A stretch of DNA of 64,000 nt. It comes from Saccostrea echinata. Its lineage: Eukaryota. The translations under genes and the position numbers were made by a program. Of the stretch, positions 51,611-64,000 are shown piece by piece. The DNA lies in NCBI RefSeq assembly GCF_033153115.1, contig NW_026889796.1, positions 14,198,001 to 14,262,000 on the forward strand, read 5' to 3'. The notes under the pieces were generated by a model. It was given only the letters and a program-made list of their open reading frames with translations, was not told the origin of the DNA and did no database searches. The stretch's first letter is position 1; the number at the start of each line of letters is the position of its first letter.

Positions 51611-54454
51611 ATAAACCAAGTCTAATTATTATATTACGCTAATGTATGCTTAATCTGTAAAGAACTACAGGAAAGATGCCTCGGTCAGTTTAGTCAAGTG
51701 ATTAGAATAATGCATTTCATTGGTCTTGGATTGTTATTGATGTATAATCTCATGTTTAGATCTCGTTTTTGAAATAAGAACATATTTTTGCATATCAGTG
51801 ATTGTACATTTATTCCAGTGTATCCTGATTATTTGGACGAAGGAGCACGGCCTTCGTCCAAATCATTGATATATACTTATTTACTGTCTATGAGGACACC
51901 AGCGAGTTTATTGTCCCTCAAAACAGCAACCTTTATTTGCTGTCCAGGCCCAAAGCAACGGTTTCAAAAGTTGGGGGGACCAACTTCCCCAAAAATCTGA
52001 CAAGGAAAAAAAAACCTAAACTGACCAAAGGTGGGGGGGGAGCTTCCCAAAATTATCTGAGAAGCAAAACAAAAACCTAATTTACTGTCCAAATCCTGGA
52101 ATTTGCCAGTGCTCGACCTTCTCGACCTTACAACAAAAAGGGGGGGGGGGGCAATCAGTATCTTAAAGAAAATTTACTATGGCAAAATACTATACTCAGA
52201 AAAAAGTGGGGGACGCCCCCCCCCCTCCCCCCCCCTTGCTTTCCAAGGGGACAATAAAATTCCTTTTTTCCGAATACTAGGTTCTGAGTAAATACGCGAG
52301 GGAAATTGAATGCTGCTGGTGAATAATTTCATGACTATTTCACCATGGGTAAATAGCATAAAAACTATTTCACGGCGGAGGCTGTTAGATTATTCGTGAC
52401 ATTATTATATAGAAAATAAATCAGGATATATAACCTAGAGTTATCCCTCTTCCTTTGCAAGATCATGGTTTAAATTTTGGCCATATTTAAGACAATATAA
52501 AGGATCCCTTCATAATTCAAATTATTACGAAGATTTATCCAGTATAATGTTAGGAACATCACTTTTTGCACCATTTTTTCCTTAGAGGTTATGATTTCAA
52601 CACACAATTATTTATTTTGCTCGCATTATTTGAAGCTTTGCTGTTCTTTAGTAGAAGATTTCTGAAAGATTTTTGTCCGTGTAATAAGTTGAATCTGTGT
52701 GGTATCCTATCCGCATTAAAAGGGAGGGGGCATATTGATTATCAAAATTTAAAAAAAAAATGAATCGAGAATTGAATCTTTACCAGTTTGACTTTCAACA
52801 TGCATGTATTACTTTAATTTTTGGACAGAATACTTCAGAAGGTAAAGTTAATATAGCTGTCCGACGGGGAAACCGTGAGGGCGAGCGCTGTATCATTTGT
52901 GTTGTAATTAATGAATTCTACATCTCTCAAATACCGCTTTGCATATCGTTGCAAACGACAATTTTCTGGCAGTGAAAATTACATTTAATTCTTGTTTATA
53001 AATCTTTCCAGGTAAGACGTTGCTAAGATTAATCCATCATGTTGCTATGCACCCAAAGAGGACTGGGAGTTTAAATTAAGAATTTTTCAACCTTGACTCA
53101 TATTTCTTTGAACAATGCAGAGATTCTAACACGAATTCCCTTTGCTCGTACACGTTATAAGAGCTCGCTCATCTTATGTTCCCATCCTATATTCCCTTTT
53201 TATATCAGAAAGCATGAAGATTTTCTTTTTACAAAATTAAATAATAACAGATTTTTAATGTATGAATGAACATTTGTTTGAGAAATGCAAAAAATTAAGG
53301 AACATTCCCATTTGTTAAAAAGTACCTGCATTTTAACACTCGTTATATCTTCCCGCCATATACCTCTAAAACCGGCGAATTCCTCGCCAGTCGTTTCAAA
53401 CCAACGATATCGGCAAAGGCCGATGTACTCGCCTCGGTCAAATTAAGAAACAAGCCAGGTTACCAAAAGTCATGAGGCGCATTCGGCGTAATCCGGTCTG
53501 CCAAATGAAGTCCTATTTGTACCTATAGGTGTGTCATGATTTTAACTCAAATCACATATTTCAAAGTTCAAGGTCACTGAGATTGTACATGTAAAATAAA
53601 GTTTTGGCTATAACTCTGATACCATTGTTTGATTTCAACTTTGAGATTGTAGTTGTCTCAGTGAGCAGCTAGATCTTGAAATCATGTCTTGTTCATAGCT
53701 CTTAAACCGTTGGTTTACTAACCGTTGGTCAGTATGCTGTTCTTGATGAACTACTGGTGTATAGTGAAGATGTGTCATAACTCGTAACTACATAAATTAA
53801 GTATTATCTGAAATGTCAAGTTCACAGTTAAATGAGAATTGAATCCAAGTCAGGGCTTTGAACTCCTTTAAATGAATTCAAACTGCTGAATATCTACAGG
53901 TGTGTAAGGACTATGAACATATCAAAGGTCCTGGTCAACGAGATGCTGAAATAATGATACAAATATTTTTGTTTCATTTATTTTGATCTTTTCCAAGATG
54001 TTTGAAGGACAAATGTCATGTACAATTGTAGTAATGACCAGGGGAATAGTTGGAGAGGAGAAACATGTGCACCTACTTCTTATTTTATAAATAGAAAAGT
54101 TTATGAATTGCGTTTGGAAAAATGTTGAATGAAATTGAATTGACTTACAGCAAATTTACTTTGAAGAAAGTTTGATTGAAATTAATTCGGTGTTTTAGAA
54201 AAAAAATCCATCTAGTTCACCGAGTAGTTCTCAAATCTCGCTGAATAATTCTATTGCATCGTATTGGGAAAAAAACACATTTTAAGTATAGATTTTATAC
54301 AAATATATCCCTGAGAAAGAAAAATTGAGTTACATAAATCTTTTAAACTACTAGGCAATTCATTATCCTTTATACACTAATATCCCTGAATAATAACACT
54401 CTTTTGCTCTAGAGTAAAATCAGAACCAATCACGAAATAACCCAAATAACTTCA

Positions 54455-56395
54455 TCAGCTGCAGTAACAAAGAGGTTTAGAAAATTTATCGCTTATGCAA
54501 GACGATTGATTGCCATATTTGTTAACTCGGTTTATTCTACCAATGACATTAAAGGATCCCTTGTAGTTTTTGCTGACTGTCGCGTCAAATAATGCATTTC
54601 CGGGGACAGTTTCAAACACACTCAGGTACGTTTTCTCTTCCTGGTCAGATTGGAAAAACAAATTTCGTATGGAAAATTCCTCCTTTTCTTTTCGTCTTTG
54701 CAAATTTGATTTTACAAAATAGGTGTCTTTTGTCTTTAATAAATGAAGTTTGGCACATTTTCCTCCATGTTTAGTCAATTCCTTATTAATGTAAGAAACT
54801 AGAAAACTAGCCAAGTCTTTTGAAATTTTTTCATTATTGCTTATTGGTTCGTATGAATTACAAACACAAAAATCACCAGGAATTTCTGCATCTTTACATG
54901 ATCGACTGTCTGGAATCTCTTGAAACAGACTTATGCCACGTGGAAAGTTTTTCAGTTTATTCACGTGCGATTTACTTCGTAAAAAATTGCTTTCTAAAAT
55001 GTCGACCAATGTTTCATGCGCGTCGAATGCAGTTGTCAAGCGTCGAGTATTTGTTTTCAGATTTTGATGAATATGGGGATATTTTGATTTGATATGTGAT
55101 GGAATCACAATGGCAAACAAAGGCATCCGGTTCTCTGTCCTCCCTGCTAGGGTATTTTTTATGCTTTTTTGCATTATACCATGGTCACTCATGAACATCA
55201 GTAAAGAATTGGAGAGTCTGCCTGAATCCTTCAACCATTTAAAAAACAACATGAAGTCGTTGTCAGCTAACTGAACAAGATTACCCCATTCATGCGTGAG
55301 TTCATTCATCCAACTTAAAGCAAATTTCCGTTTATTGCCATTAAATTCGATGAATTGCTTATAATAATTCATTATCATCATATGCTTTGGAATATTTTCC
55401 ACACACAGAGCCGATGTTTTGCCAAGATGTATATTGTTGTTTTCCAACGAAAGCAGTATTTGGTGAGTATTAGGCAAACCAAATTTTTCCAATGATAAAT
55501 AATATGGTCTCATATAATGTAGACAAGGCTGCTCTTTGAAACCTTTCCAATATGTAAAACTTCCCATTTCTGGGAGATCTTCAGCAAAGAATGTTGTGTA
55601 GCCAGCCTCACTAAAGTTTTTCCATAAAAACGGAAATGAATCCAAGAATTCCGTAAAAGGAGGTAACTCCTTCGAATAAGGGACCTTTCCTGTTAGTAGG
55701 CTAACAAGATTCGGAAATGTGTTGGCTCCAACTTTCGTATAACCTTTCATTATGTAACCTCCTAGCTCTTCTTCAACATAACGAAGAGTGATTGGAATCG
55801 TTCTTTCTGCAGCTAATCTAGACAGAGAATCCAAGCCAAATATATACACATTCAATTGTTCATCGGATGCATTTAAAAAATTTAACTGCTGCATTTGAGA
55901 CTTATAATCGATGTTGTGGTGTAATTTTCTATACACAGTATACTTCCATTCATTTTCACACTTCACAATGAAAAAGTCAGCTTTAACATACACAGGATTT
56001 GAAAACGCCACTTCCTGTTCGCTTTCAACGTCAAAGTCCAATAAACGCTTTATTATAGAATAGGTGCATGATATAGCACCATTTTCAGATTGTGATATAG
56101 CAGTTTTGTTCAATCTTATAAAACCTTTAGAATCTACAAAAGAAAGATCCGATGTTTGTTCACACTGAACCGGTCTAAGATGATATACAAATTTTGTGAT
56201 GGATTTGTCATGTGCGTCTAAGTTCGGCAATTCACATTTCTTGTCCGTGTTTTCGTTGTTGTAGATGAAATCCACCTCCTTATTAAAATTAACTTGTACC
56301 CCGGCTACCAAGAGAATTCCAATAAAAAGCATTAAGCATCTTCTGTATCTAATTCTGTATCTGTTAATTTTCTGTATGAATAAACGGAGTCCCAT
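54455..56395 (-). CDS. DUF229-family (alkaline phosphatase/sulfatase-like) type II membrane protein, 646 aa
   Basis: Long ORF with an N-terminal TM helix and family motifs LNVYIFGLDSLSR, GYTKVGANTFPNL, GYTTFFAED, MSDHG, ENRMP, N..RLTTAFDAHETL, RGISLF and C..AEIP..FC.C. A splice acceptor tttttcag ends 4 nt before the ATG, so 5'UTR exon(s) lie further right. Confidence 0.92.
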   Translation of the reverse strand: MGLRLFIQKINRYRIRYRRCLMLFIGILLVAGVQVNFNKEVDFIYNNENTDKKCELPNLDAHDKSITKFVYHLRPVQCEQTSDLSFVDSKGFIRLNKTAISQSENGAISCTYSIIKRLLDFDVESEQEVAFSNPVYVKADFFIVKCENEWKYTVYRKLHHNIDYKSQMQQLNFLNASDEQLNVYIFGLDSLSRLAAERTIPITLRYVEEELGGYIMKGYTKVGANTFPNLVSLLTGKVPYSKELPPFTEFLDSFPFLWKNFSEAGYTTFFAEDLPEMGSFTYWKGFKEQPCLHYMRPYYLSLEKFGLPNTHQILLSLENNNIHLGKTSALCVENIPKHMMIMNYYKQFIEFNGNKRKFALSWMNELTHEWGNLVQLADNDFMLFFKWLKDSGRLSNSLLMFMSDHGIMQKSIKNTLAGRTENRMPLFAIVIPSHIKSKYPHIHQNLKTNTRRLTTAFDAHETLVDILESNFLRSKSHVNKLKNFPRGISLFQEIPDSRSCKDAEIPGDFCVCNSYEPISNNEKISKDLASFLVSYINKELTKHGGKCAKLHLLKTKDTYFVKSNLQRRKEKEEFSIRNLFFQSDQEEKTYLSVFETVPGNALFDATVSKNYKGSFNVIGRINRVNKYGNQSSCISDKFSKPLCYCS

Positions 56396-59069
56396 ACTCC
56401 TGAAAAAGCAACAATTTAGATTATATAGAATTCGTAGTCAATATGAAATGCATAAATGAAACTGCTCTGTCAATAATATAAAAATTATAACGTAAATTTA
56501 ATGTACATTAAATTATATGAATTAAAGCATACAGTATGAATAAAAGGACTGACTGTTAATTAAACATATAAGGAAAAGTTTATAGATTCCAAAAATAGTT
56601 TCTCATTGCATATATGGAGTAAAAGCTTTTCCAGCTACAATGCAACTCCACTATTTAATTAACAACTACACTGTAAACATTTAAATCAAACAGAGCTTTT
56701 TTTGGTTCTTGTTTACATTAACTTGTTGATTTCCAAAAATTTTCTCTGAAAGATTTATTATACTAGATCCATGCTACTAGATCATGCAGAGCATTGCATT
56801 GTGTTTGAACTTCCAGCTAGATAAGTTTGAAGATTTATACAAAGCCTTTCCGAAAAGAAAAAGGATAAGACGATTAAAAAACACAGAACATTGGTATAAA
56901 TTCATAGAAAAAGTCTAGACACTTTGACGCTTCAACAACAATTTGGTGACGTCTCTATGCGAATTATAAATTCAGTAAAACAAGATGTGTGGTTGTCTGA
57001 GAACATTTAAGGATCTATGGTGAGTTGTCATAGAACTGTTTATCAGAATAATATACTTGGATTGCCTTCACATCCCCGGTCTTAAATTCATTCAAGGTTT
57101 ACGTTTTATCAATAACAAAATCTTCACAATCACTTTTACAGACTAAGATAAAAGACCCATTGGCATAAGACACTCAAATGTGTCACATTTTTTATCCTGA
57201 CAAATGAATATTTGAACGAAATCGCAATCACATTGTTCTTCTAAACTTAAAATGTGCTTTCAACAATTTGATCTACGTACTGTATTTCAATGCATAATAA
57301 TTTTTTATCACATTTACAATCTATGTCAATTTTTTTCTTTCAAAAAGAGCAAATATTTTCCTATGTGTAATTTTTTTTACCCTTCTTATGACAATAACCC
57401 TACTCCCAAAACTTTTACTTACTTCAGCATTAATTAACATTACATTAGGATGCTTGTAAATAAAAAACAAAAAAAAGTCAAGGATTCCCCACCCCCTAAA
57501 AAAAATACACATTTAGAGTGTATTAAATATTCACTCCATGTTGGGGACCATCCCTACAAATATTTCGTGTATGAAATTTTTTTCCCTTTACACTCTGACT
57601 CACCCCAACCCCATCCCTAACCTTCTCGCCTCATATCTATTGACTACACTCTAGCTTCTGTAGGTACCCTAACAAAAAAGTACTATAGAAAACTATTCTA
57701 AATCTTAATCTTAAAAAAAAAACTCTAGTGTAAAGTTTCATAGTAAATCAAAGTATCAAAGTTGTTACTTTAGCTCTTTATAGTATATATTTTTAAGGGC
57801 ATGATTTTGAATCGTTTGAACAACGTTGAATCTGCATTGTATAAAAGATATCATTGTAAGCTGTGTCTCTTTTTCACAAGGAGCTTATAAATAACCCAAA
57901 CATGTTAAGCATTAACTTTATTGATTATTTCTTCTTGGAAAGAGACTTGATCATTTATTTAAGGCAACTAAGATTTTGCATATTAACAAAAAGTTGTAAC
58001 AAGTCGGGTTCAAATTAGCCGACGGGGACTGGGGAAAATTGGGAAATGTGAAAACCTTTCCAGACAGATAGACATAGGATCATGGAAAAAACTTTGATCA
58101 GAAAAATAAATCAGCTAAGCCTTGTGAACTAAAAGTGCCACGGAAATTGAGTCATAGAATACCTAATAAAACTTCCTTTAAAAAGTCAAACTCCGGACGA
58201 ATTTCCCTTATCAAACATCTCTTGTAAACCTGCATTTGTCACACTCGCACACATAAAAAATCGAGGAACCTCTACTTATTTCTAAAGGGAACACATACTT
58301 TATGTTTCCTGTAAACGACCACAATTGTTTTAATCCTTTGTACCTAAGTTTTTTATCATTCAATTTTGTGTGAATAAAACATGTTTCTAGTTTACAGTTA
58401 TTATTGCAAACTTTATAGTCAAGGAGAGGAATAGATGGTTAATAAAAGTCTCTGTAAAGGAACTCGTAAGGCTAATATACATGTATACAAGCAAACGATT
58501 GTCCTTACCAGAAGTTTCTATTGGTTTGCACTTATAATAAAGAAAGGGAAAAGCAGCAACTGGACTTGGAATACTTTTATTTAATTACGTAAACATAAAA
58601 CTTGCATAAAGTTTTGTTGAAATCAAATCAAAACTGTTGGCAGAGAAGCATCCTGAAAATTTTCACATTTTTGTAGCTATGGCAACACAAATATAAGCCT
58701 TGATGTAGTCTACTTATTGAAGTCAGAACAAAACTGCAGATGTAGTCGTGTTTTGAAAAAAAAAATCCACAAAATCTAAATTTTGTAATTATGACAGCAC
58801 CTTTTATCAAAATGAAGAATATTTTTTTTTAAAAATGTGTACCTTATTATAATAAATATATGTACCAAGTCTAATTATAATCGAAAAAGAACTGTAGGAG
58901 GAGTAAAATTTTGAAAAAAATTTCACAGAAATTTCTGTGGTTAGACTGTCAAAATCAAAAATAAGATAATGAATCCTGTGTAATATATTTGTGTTACTTT
59001 TTTACTGTTTGAGGAGAAACACTTTAAAGGAATTTCACAGTTGTTCGTCAAAATGAAAATCATGACGAA

Positions 59070-59250
59070 GATGAAGACAACCAACGGTGATTGATATCAC
59101 AAAACCTACAAACAATACAAATCTGTGAACAAGGCATAACACACGGACCATTGGAAACTCCAGAGGTTGATCAGGTGTCTAGGAGGAGTAAGCATCCCCT
59201 GTTGACTGGTCACACCCGCCGTGAACCCTATGTATTGATCAGGTAGACGA
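59070..59250 (-). mobile_element. Penelope-like 3'UTR fragment
   Basis: acacggacc...gatcaggtgtctaggaggagtaagcatcccctgttgactggtcacacccgccgtg, homologous to 14603-14685. Confidence 0.7.
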
Positions 59251-59308
59251 AATACGTAATCATATAATCAGAATTATATACAGAATCTAAGTGTATTCTA
59301 CTTGTGCA

Positions 59309-59619
59309 CCAGTCGCCCGCGTGGCGCAGTGGTTAGAGCATCTGCTCCAGAATCGCGAAGTGAGGAGTTAATTCTTACGTCGCGGGTTCGAATCCCACTG
59401 TGGGACGTGGAGACAGGTCCTTCGGATGAGACCGTATGAACCGAGGCTCCGTGTCGCAGTATAGGTGCTTGCACGAAAAAGATCCCTCACTGCTCAAAGG
59501 CCGTAAATGCCGAGTATAGGACAAAATTTGCAGCTCTCCACCGGCAGGTGGTGGCGTCTCCATATGAGTGAAAAATTCTCGAGAGGGACGTTAAACAACA
59601 TACAAACAAACAAACAAAA
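59309..59619 (+). mobile_element. tRNA-derived SINE (same family)
   Basis: A and B boxes, (aaac)n tail, TSD ACTTGTGCA. Confidence 0.9.
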
Positions 59620-60206
59620 ACTTGTGCAAGAAGTGTTATTGAAATAGAACTAAACTGTAGGAGTAGAAGCATTTTGAAAAAAAAAGTTTACAGACAAACA
59701 GACGACGGACACACCACCATCACATAAGCTCTTCTTTTCTCCGACCAGAGCTAAAAATAAACAAAACAAAAACGTATATCCAAAAACTTTTTTCTCCAAA
59801 TCTCTATTCGCGGACAAGACAAGCTAACAAGAGAGAGTGTAGAATGACTAGTGAGTTCTATTCAGTCCTGAACATATATGTGTCCTTCCCGCCACTTTCT
59901 GTCCTTTTCGAAATTAAGAGAGCTCCAATTCCCCACAGAATATATCAGCCAGCTGTTTGCAGAAATGTTTTAATAATGGTACTTTTCGTAAATTTTTAGC
60001 CGGAAATGTCTTAAAGTATTAAAAATTGATGACTAAGCGATGTCTCGTGGAAATAATACTCTAAACTTCCTCATAACAACTCAATTTCTACATATGTATG
60101 GTTGTCGTTATTATTAATAGAAAATGTCTCCATGCTAGAGTGTAATGACTGCGAAGAAAGGGAAAATTTGCTTACTTGTAAAGGAGGAGATAAGTCATAT
60201 GTAATG

Positions 60207-60520
60207 TTTGTATGCTTATTTCTTTGTTTGTTTATTGCTTAACGTCCCTCTCGAAAATTTTTCATTCATACGGAGACGCCACCACTTGCTGGTGGAGAGC
60301 TTCAAATTTTGACCTATACTCGGCACTCAGGGCCTTGGAGCAGTGAGGGATCTTTTTCGTGCCAGCACCTACTGCGACACGGGGCCTCGGTTTATACGGT
60401 CTCATCCGAAGGACCTGTCTCCACGTTCCACAGTGGGATTCTAACCCGCGACGTAAGGATCAACTCCTTAGTCCGCGACTCTAGAGCGAACGCTCTAACC
60501 ACTGCGCCACGCGGGCGACT
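60207..60520 (-). mobile_element. tRNA-derived SINE (same family)
   Basis: Reverse complement copy with TSD CATATGTAATG. Confidence 0.9.
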
Positions 60521-60726
60521 CATATGTAATGATATGAAATAAATATATTCATTTGTATCTCTGACAGTTGGAGGGAAGAAATGTGCATTTCAGATATAAA
60601 TAAAACTGTCTTCTGATACACAAAAAGATGTGCAAAAACTGAAACACACTTTAATCACCTCTTTTCAGTCATCGAATTTAAAATGAGTATTCCTAAGTAT
60701 TAAGGAGATACGCAAGTACATGTATA

Positions 60727-61605
60727 CACTAGACAAAATTGCTAACGCACCACCAAATGAAATTAATATTTTACTTTTCAAAACTTGTTTATGATGTATT
60801 TGATATATAATTATCTTACTTAAGCAAAAAATGATGCATTTAAATGTCTTAACTGATAAATATCTACTATGGTAACTGAAGCGTGTCCATTTCAAAGAAA
60901 AAAATGAAATTTTTGTCCATACTTTTTTTGGAGGAACAAATTCAATTTTTTTTCTTTGTGTTTGTGTTCTTTATGTTTGTACTAATTAAAACATCAGGGA
61001 AAAAATTACACCGTATGCAGCATTTGATCCTAGAGGAGCGTGCTAAAAAACAGTCAGTATGGTGTCTGCTGGGGTTCCTTTGGAAGAATTTGTAAAAAAT
61101 TAAAACAATGAAAAGAATATTTATTCTTCTAGAAAAAAAATTGTTGCAAATAGATTAACAAACATAAAAATGTTTACTATAGATAGCCAAGCCATTAAGT
61201 AAACACCAAATCACAATTTCAAGGTTGTTTCACAAAATTGGGGCAACCGGAAGTTGGTTGGACCGGGTATGGACACAAAGGTACTGGATGACTCGCAGGC
61301 GATATGATAGTCAATCGCTGCATATTAGTTGATATTTAACTGGGAGACTGCATCTGGTGTAACCTCAAGGACCATCATCGATAATCACCAACTTCATATC
61401 TGGGCAAAAAGAGTGCGCAATGGATGTCGAGAAAATGATTTTCGGGCAAGAAGGTCATTTTAGGCTTTTGTCATGACACCAAGACATTTGTCAATCCCAC
61501 TGTATTGGAAAAGATGATGTATTATATATACTAGTACCGATTAGGAAAATGTTCAATTCACAAAAGAAAGAATAACAAGTGGTGCGTTAGCAATTTTGTC
61601 TAGTG
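60727..61605. mobile_element. Tc1/mariner non-autonomous element
   Basis: Perfect 25-bp TIR CACTAGACAAAATTGCTAACGCACC with a TA duplication on both sides. Confidence 0.85.
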
Positions 61606-62117
61606 TATGTACTCAACAATATACCTTTCCACTGATAGTTTTTTTGAATTTAAAATCATAGTACCATCAAATGTTCTTTGACTATTTTACCAGGAGTTTT
61701 GAATCGATTTCAAATAATGAAAATCTTTGTGTGCTTTTTTAAATAACAAAAATATAGTTTTACTGGTATTTCTTATGAAGTTGATTCATAGAAGGTGTTA
61801 AGCACTACCAGACATTATATAATAGGACAAAGGTCTTTGCATTATTGGAACTCTTAAATATTACAGGGAATAAAAAATTAAGGTTCAAAACCACGTTGAG
61901 TATGTCCATAGGACTTGAAAATTTAAAGTGCATTTACATTAATCATCAACTGTACAAGTAAAAACCATTCTGTTTCTTCTGCGAGATCACCCCTTATTAA
62001 AAGCAACAGAAATGCACAGTGACAGACATTCAGTACTTGATACATTACATATTTTTTTTTAAAATTATTATTGTCATTTATTTTATATTTTAATATCATT
62101 ATCATTATTATTTCATT

Positions 62118-62138
62118 TTTATTTATTTATTTATTTAC

Positions 62139-62169
<31 letters not shown>

Positions 62170-62195
62170 TTTTTGTATTTATTTTTGTATTTATT
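62118..62195. repeat. (TTTA)n microsatellite
   Basis: Direct reading. Confidence 0.9.
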
Positions 62196-64000
62196 CTTGA
62201 AATTATTTATATCTTTTATCATTTTATTTATTTATTTTACAGCAATATTCTACTATCTTTAGTATCTAGTTTTCACAAACGGAATAATGAATAAGAAAAG
62301 TATATACACTCAACAGAATTTTCACTACAGTCCAAGTGTTTTCTACAGAGCGCGATCTAGATAATATGCACGCGCATTTGCAATCAGATAACTTTCCTTA
62401 ACGAGCATTTCTGGCCTTTTGATTAATTTTGTAATTGAAAAATCAAAAGTGTAATTAATTACATGTAGCTCTTCAAAATCGTATCGTGAGGTTAATTGAA
62501 TTGACAATCCCATTTTATGTATGATTGACAACCATCATGAACATCGATAATTTTTGCGCAAGATATCACGGGAATTAAACCCATTTAGCTCAGTTGCTCA
62601 AAAGATGGATCCGTAGCATGAACTTATTGTTTAAGATCTGTTGCAAGCACTATATTCAAAATATTTCTTGCTATTTGTGAAACTCGAGCATTATACTTCT
62701 TTTATAAGGAACCTGAATTTAGTAATTGATAAAAATTTATTTTGCTGTTATATACATTCAGAATCACTATAAAAGCCTATAAATTTACTTCAATCAGGTA
62801 ATGCAAACTAAGATAAAAATATCCATTGTATGCTAAAATAACATGGAAAAACGCCCACACTTAATTAAATCAGCCTCTCGATGAAATCACACACGGAGAA
62901 AGAGAGGATGTAAAACGTCCTTCAATATATAATGCGTTTAGATGTATTTTGGTATGTTAAGTCTCATCTAAAGTACAACCATCACCCGATTCGATCAGTT
63001 AACTGTTGCCGAACAGTCCAGTAGGAACCTTTGGGAGGCGTCCCCCTAGTTATAGTTTTACCAGTATATACTATACAATATAAAACAAACCTTATTAACG
63101 GTTTTACTCACTTATAATTACGCTTGGTGACTTTTTTCTGTTTGCTGTCCAGTGATAGAGATTTAGTAGCTTATTCACTGCTAATAAATTGTTTTAAACT
63201 TATTTTAATTATCTCTGTTATAAATGAGTATCCAAAATATATAGCTTACCTTTAAAAATTAGTCGCCAATATCTATATCTACAAGAAAAATGCACTAAAC
63301 ATTGATGTTTATTTCAATTCTGAAGTATACTAGCATCTGAAATATTTATATCTTACCCTAGTTGTTATGTTATGCATTTATCCCGTATAAGATCAAACTA
63401 TCGGCACGAATAGAATTTGAAGCGAGGTAGGCAAAGGGGACATGGTGTTTGTAGATATTATCTTAGAAATCTTTAAGATAGTCAAACTTCGGGCATTCAG
63501 AATGACCACAGAGGTCCTATACTTTTATATGGGGTTGCAGTAGTGCATCAACTTATCAAAAAGATATGTGATATCAAGTTTGGTATTTACCAGACAAGTA
63601 TAACATATAAATGTAACCCAGTCTTTAAAAAAAATGAAAACTACATTTATATCTTAAGAGAAAATAGGGAAATATATGTAATGCAATATAAAGCGAATCG
63701 ATTAAGCTAGATGGACAAGAGTAAGCATTACTTTTCGAAAACGTAGCAGGCATATTAATGTGACCCCAAAAAAATTCTTACACCACCTATATAAATAATC
63801 TTTTTCAGAGCTATTATCATCTCAGCAAAGGATTTTTTCTGTGTGATGCATAGTTAACGAGCGTAGTAAATTTTCTTTTTATAACATGTAAATTTGAAAG
63901 CACGTGACAATTCTTGAATAACCTGAACCAACTGGAGTTTTATTTTGTGAAGACTACAATAAAGAAAACATTTCAAATTTATACCATATGTAACTTTCAT

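Larger units (their letters stand above)
57790..59757 (-). mobile_element. Decayed HINE/Helentron remnants (ends at ~58134 and ~59757) hosting the Penelope fragment and a SINE
   Basis: gtgaactaaaa and gagctaaaa termini preceded by (cagac)-type microsatellite, i.e. the reverse complement of the HINE 5' end. Confidence 0.45.

Overview
AT-rich, repeat-dense eukaryotic DNA, most likely a bivalve mollusc (oyster-type: Helentron/HINE elements with the oyster satellite-like core, tRNA-SINEs, Penelope-like fragments, TTAA transposons). The main content is a cluster of a small 4-exon gene, rebuilt by hand from splice sites. There are three intact copies (1300-4313 -, 7253-9457 +, 33105-35200 -), one disabled copy (~14100-15288) and orphan upstream remnants (~29125-31260, ~50820-51610). 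The 176-178 aa product has a signal peptide, 11 mature cysteines, a furin site and a permuted papain-fold (PPPDE/DeSI-like) His...NNCHxF dyad, so it looks like a secreted, processed member of a normally intracellular family. A 13.7-kb TTAA-flanked Kolobok-like element carrying nested elements and decayed exons interrupts the dead copy. A single-coding-exon DUF229-family gene (54455-56395 -) lies at the right. Most other ORFs in the supplied track are spurious.
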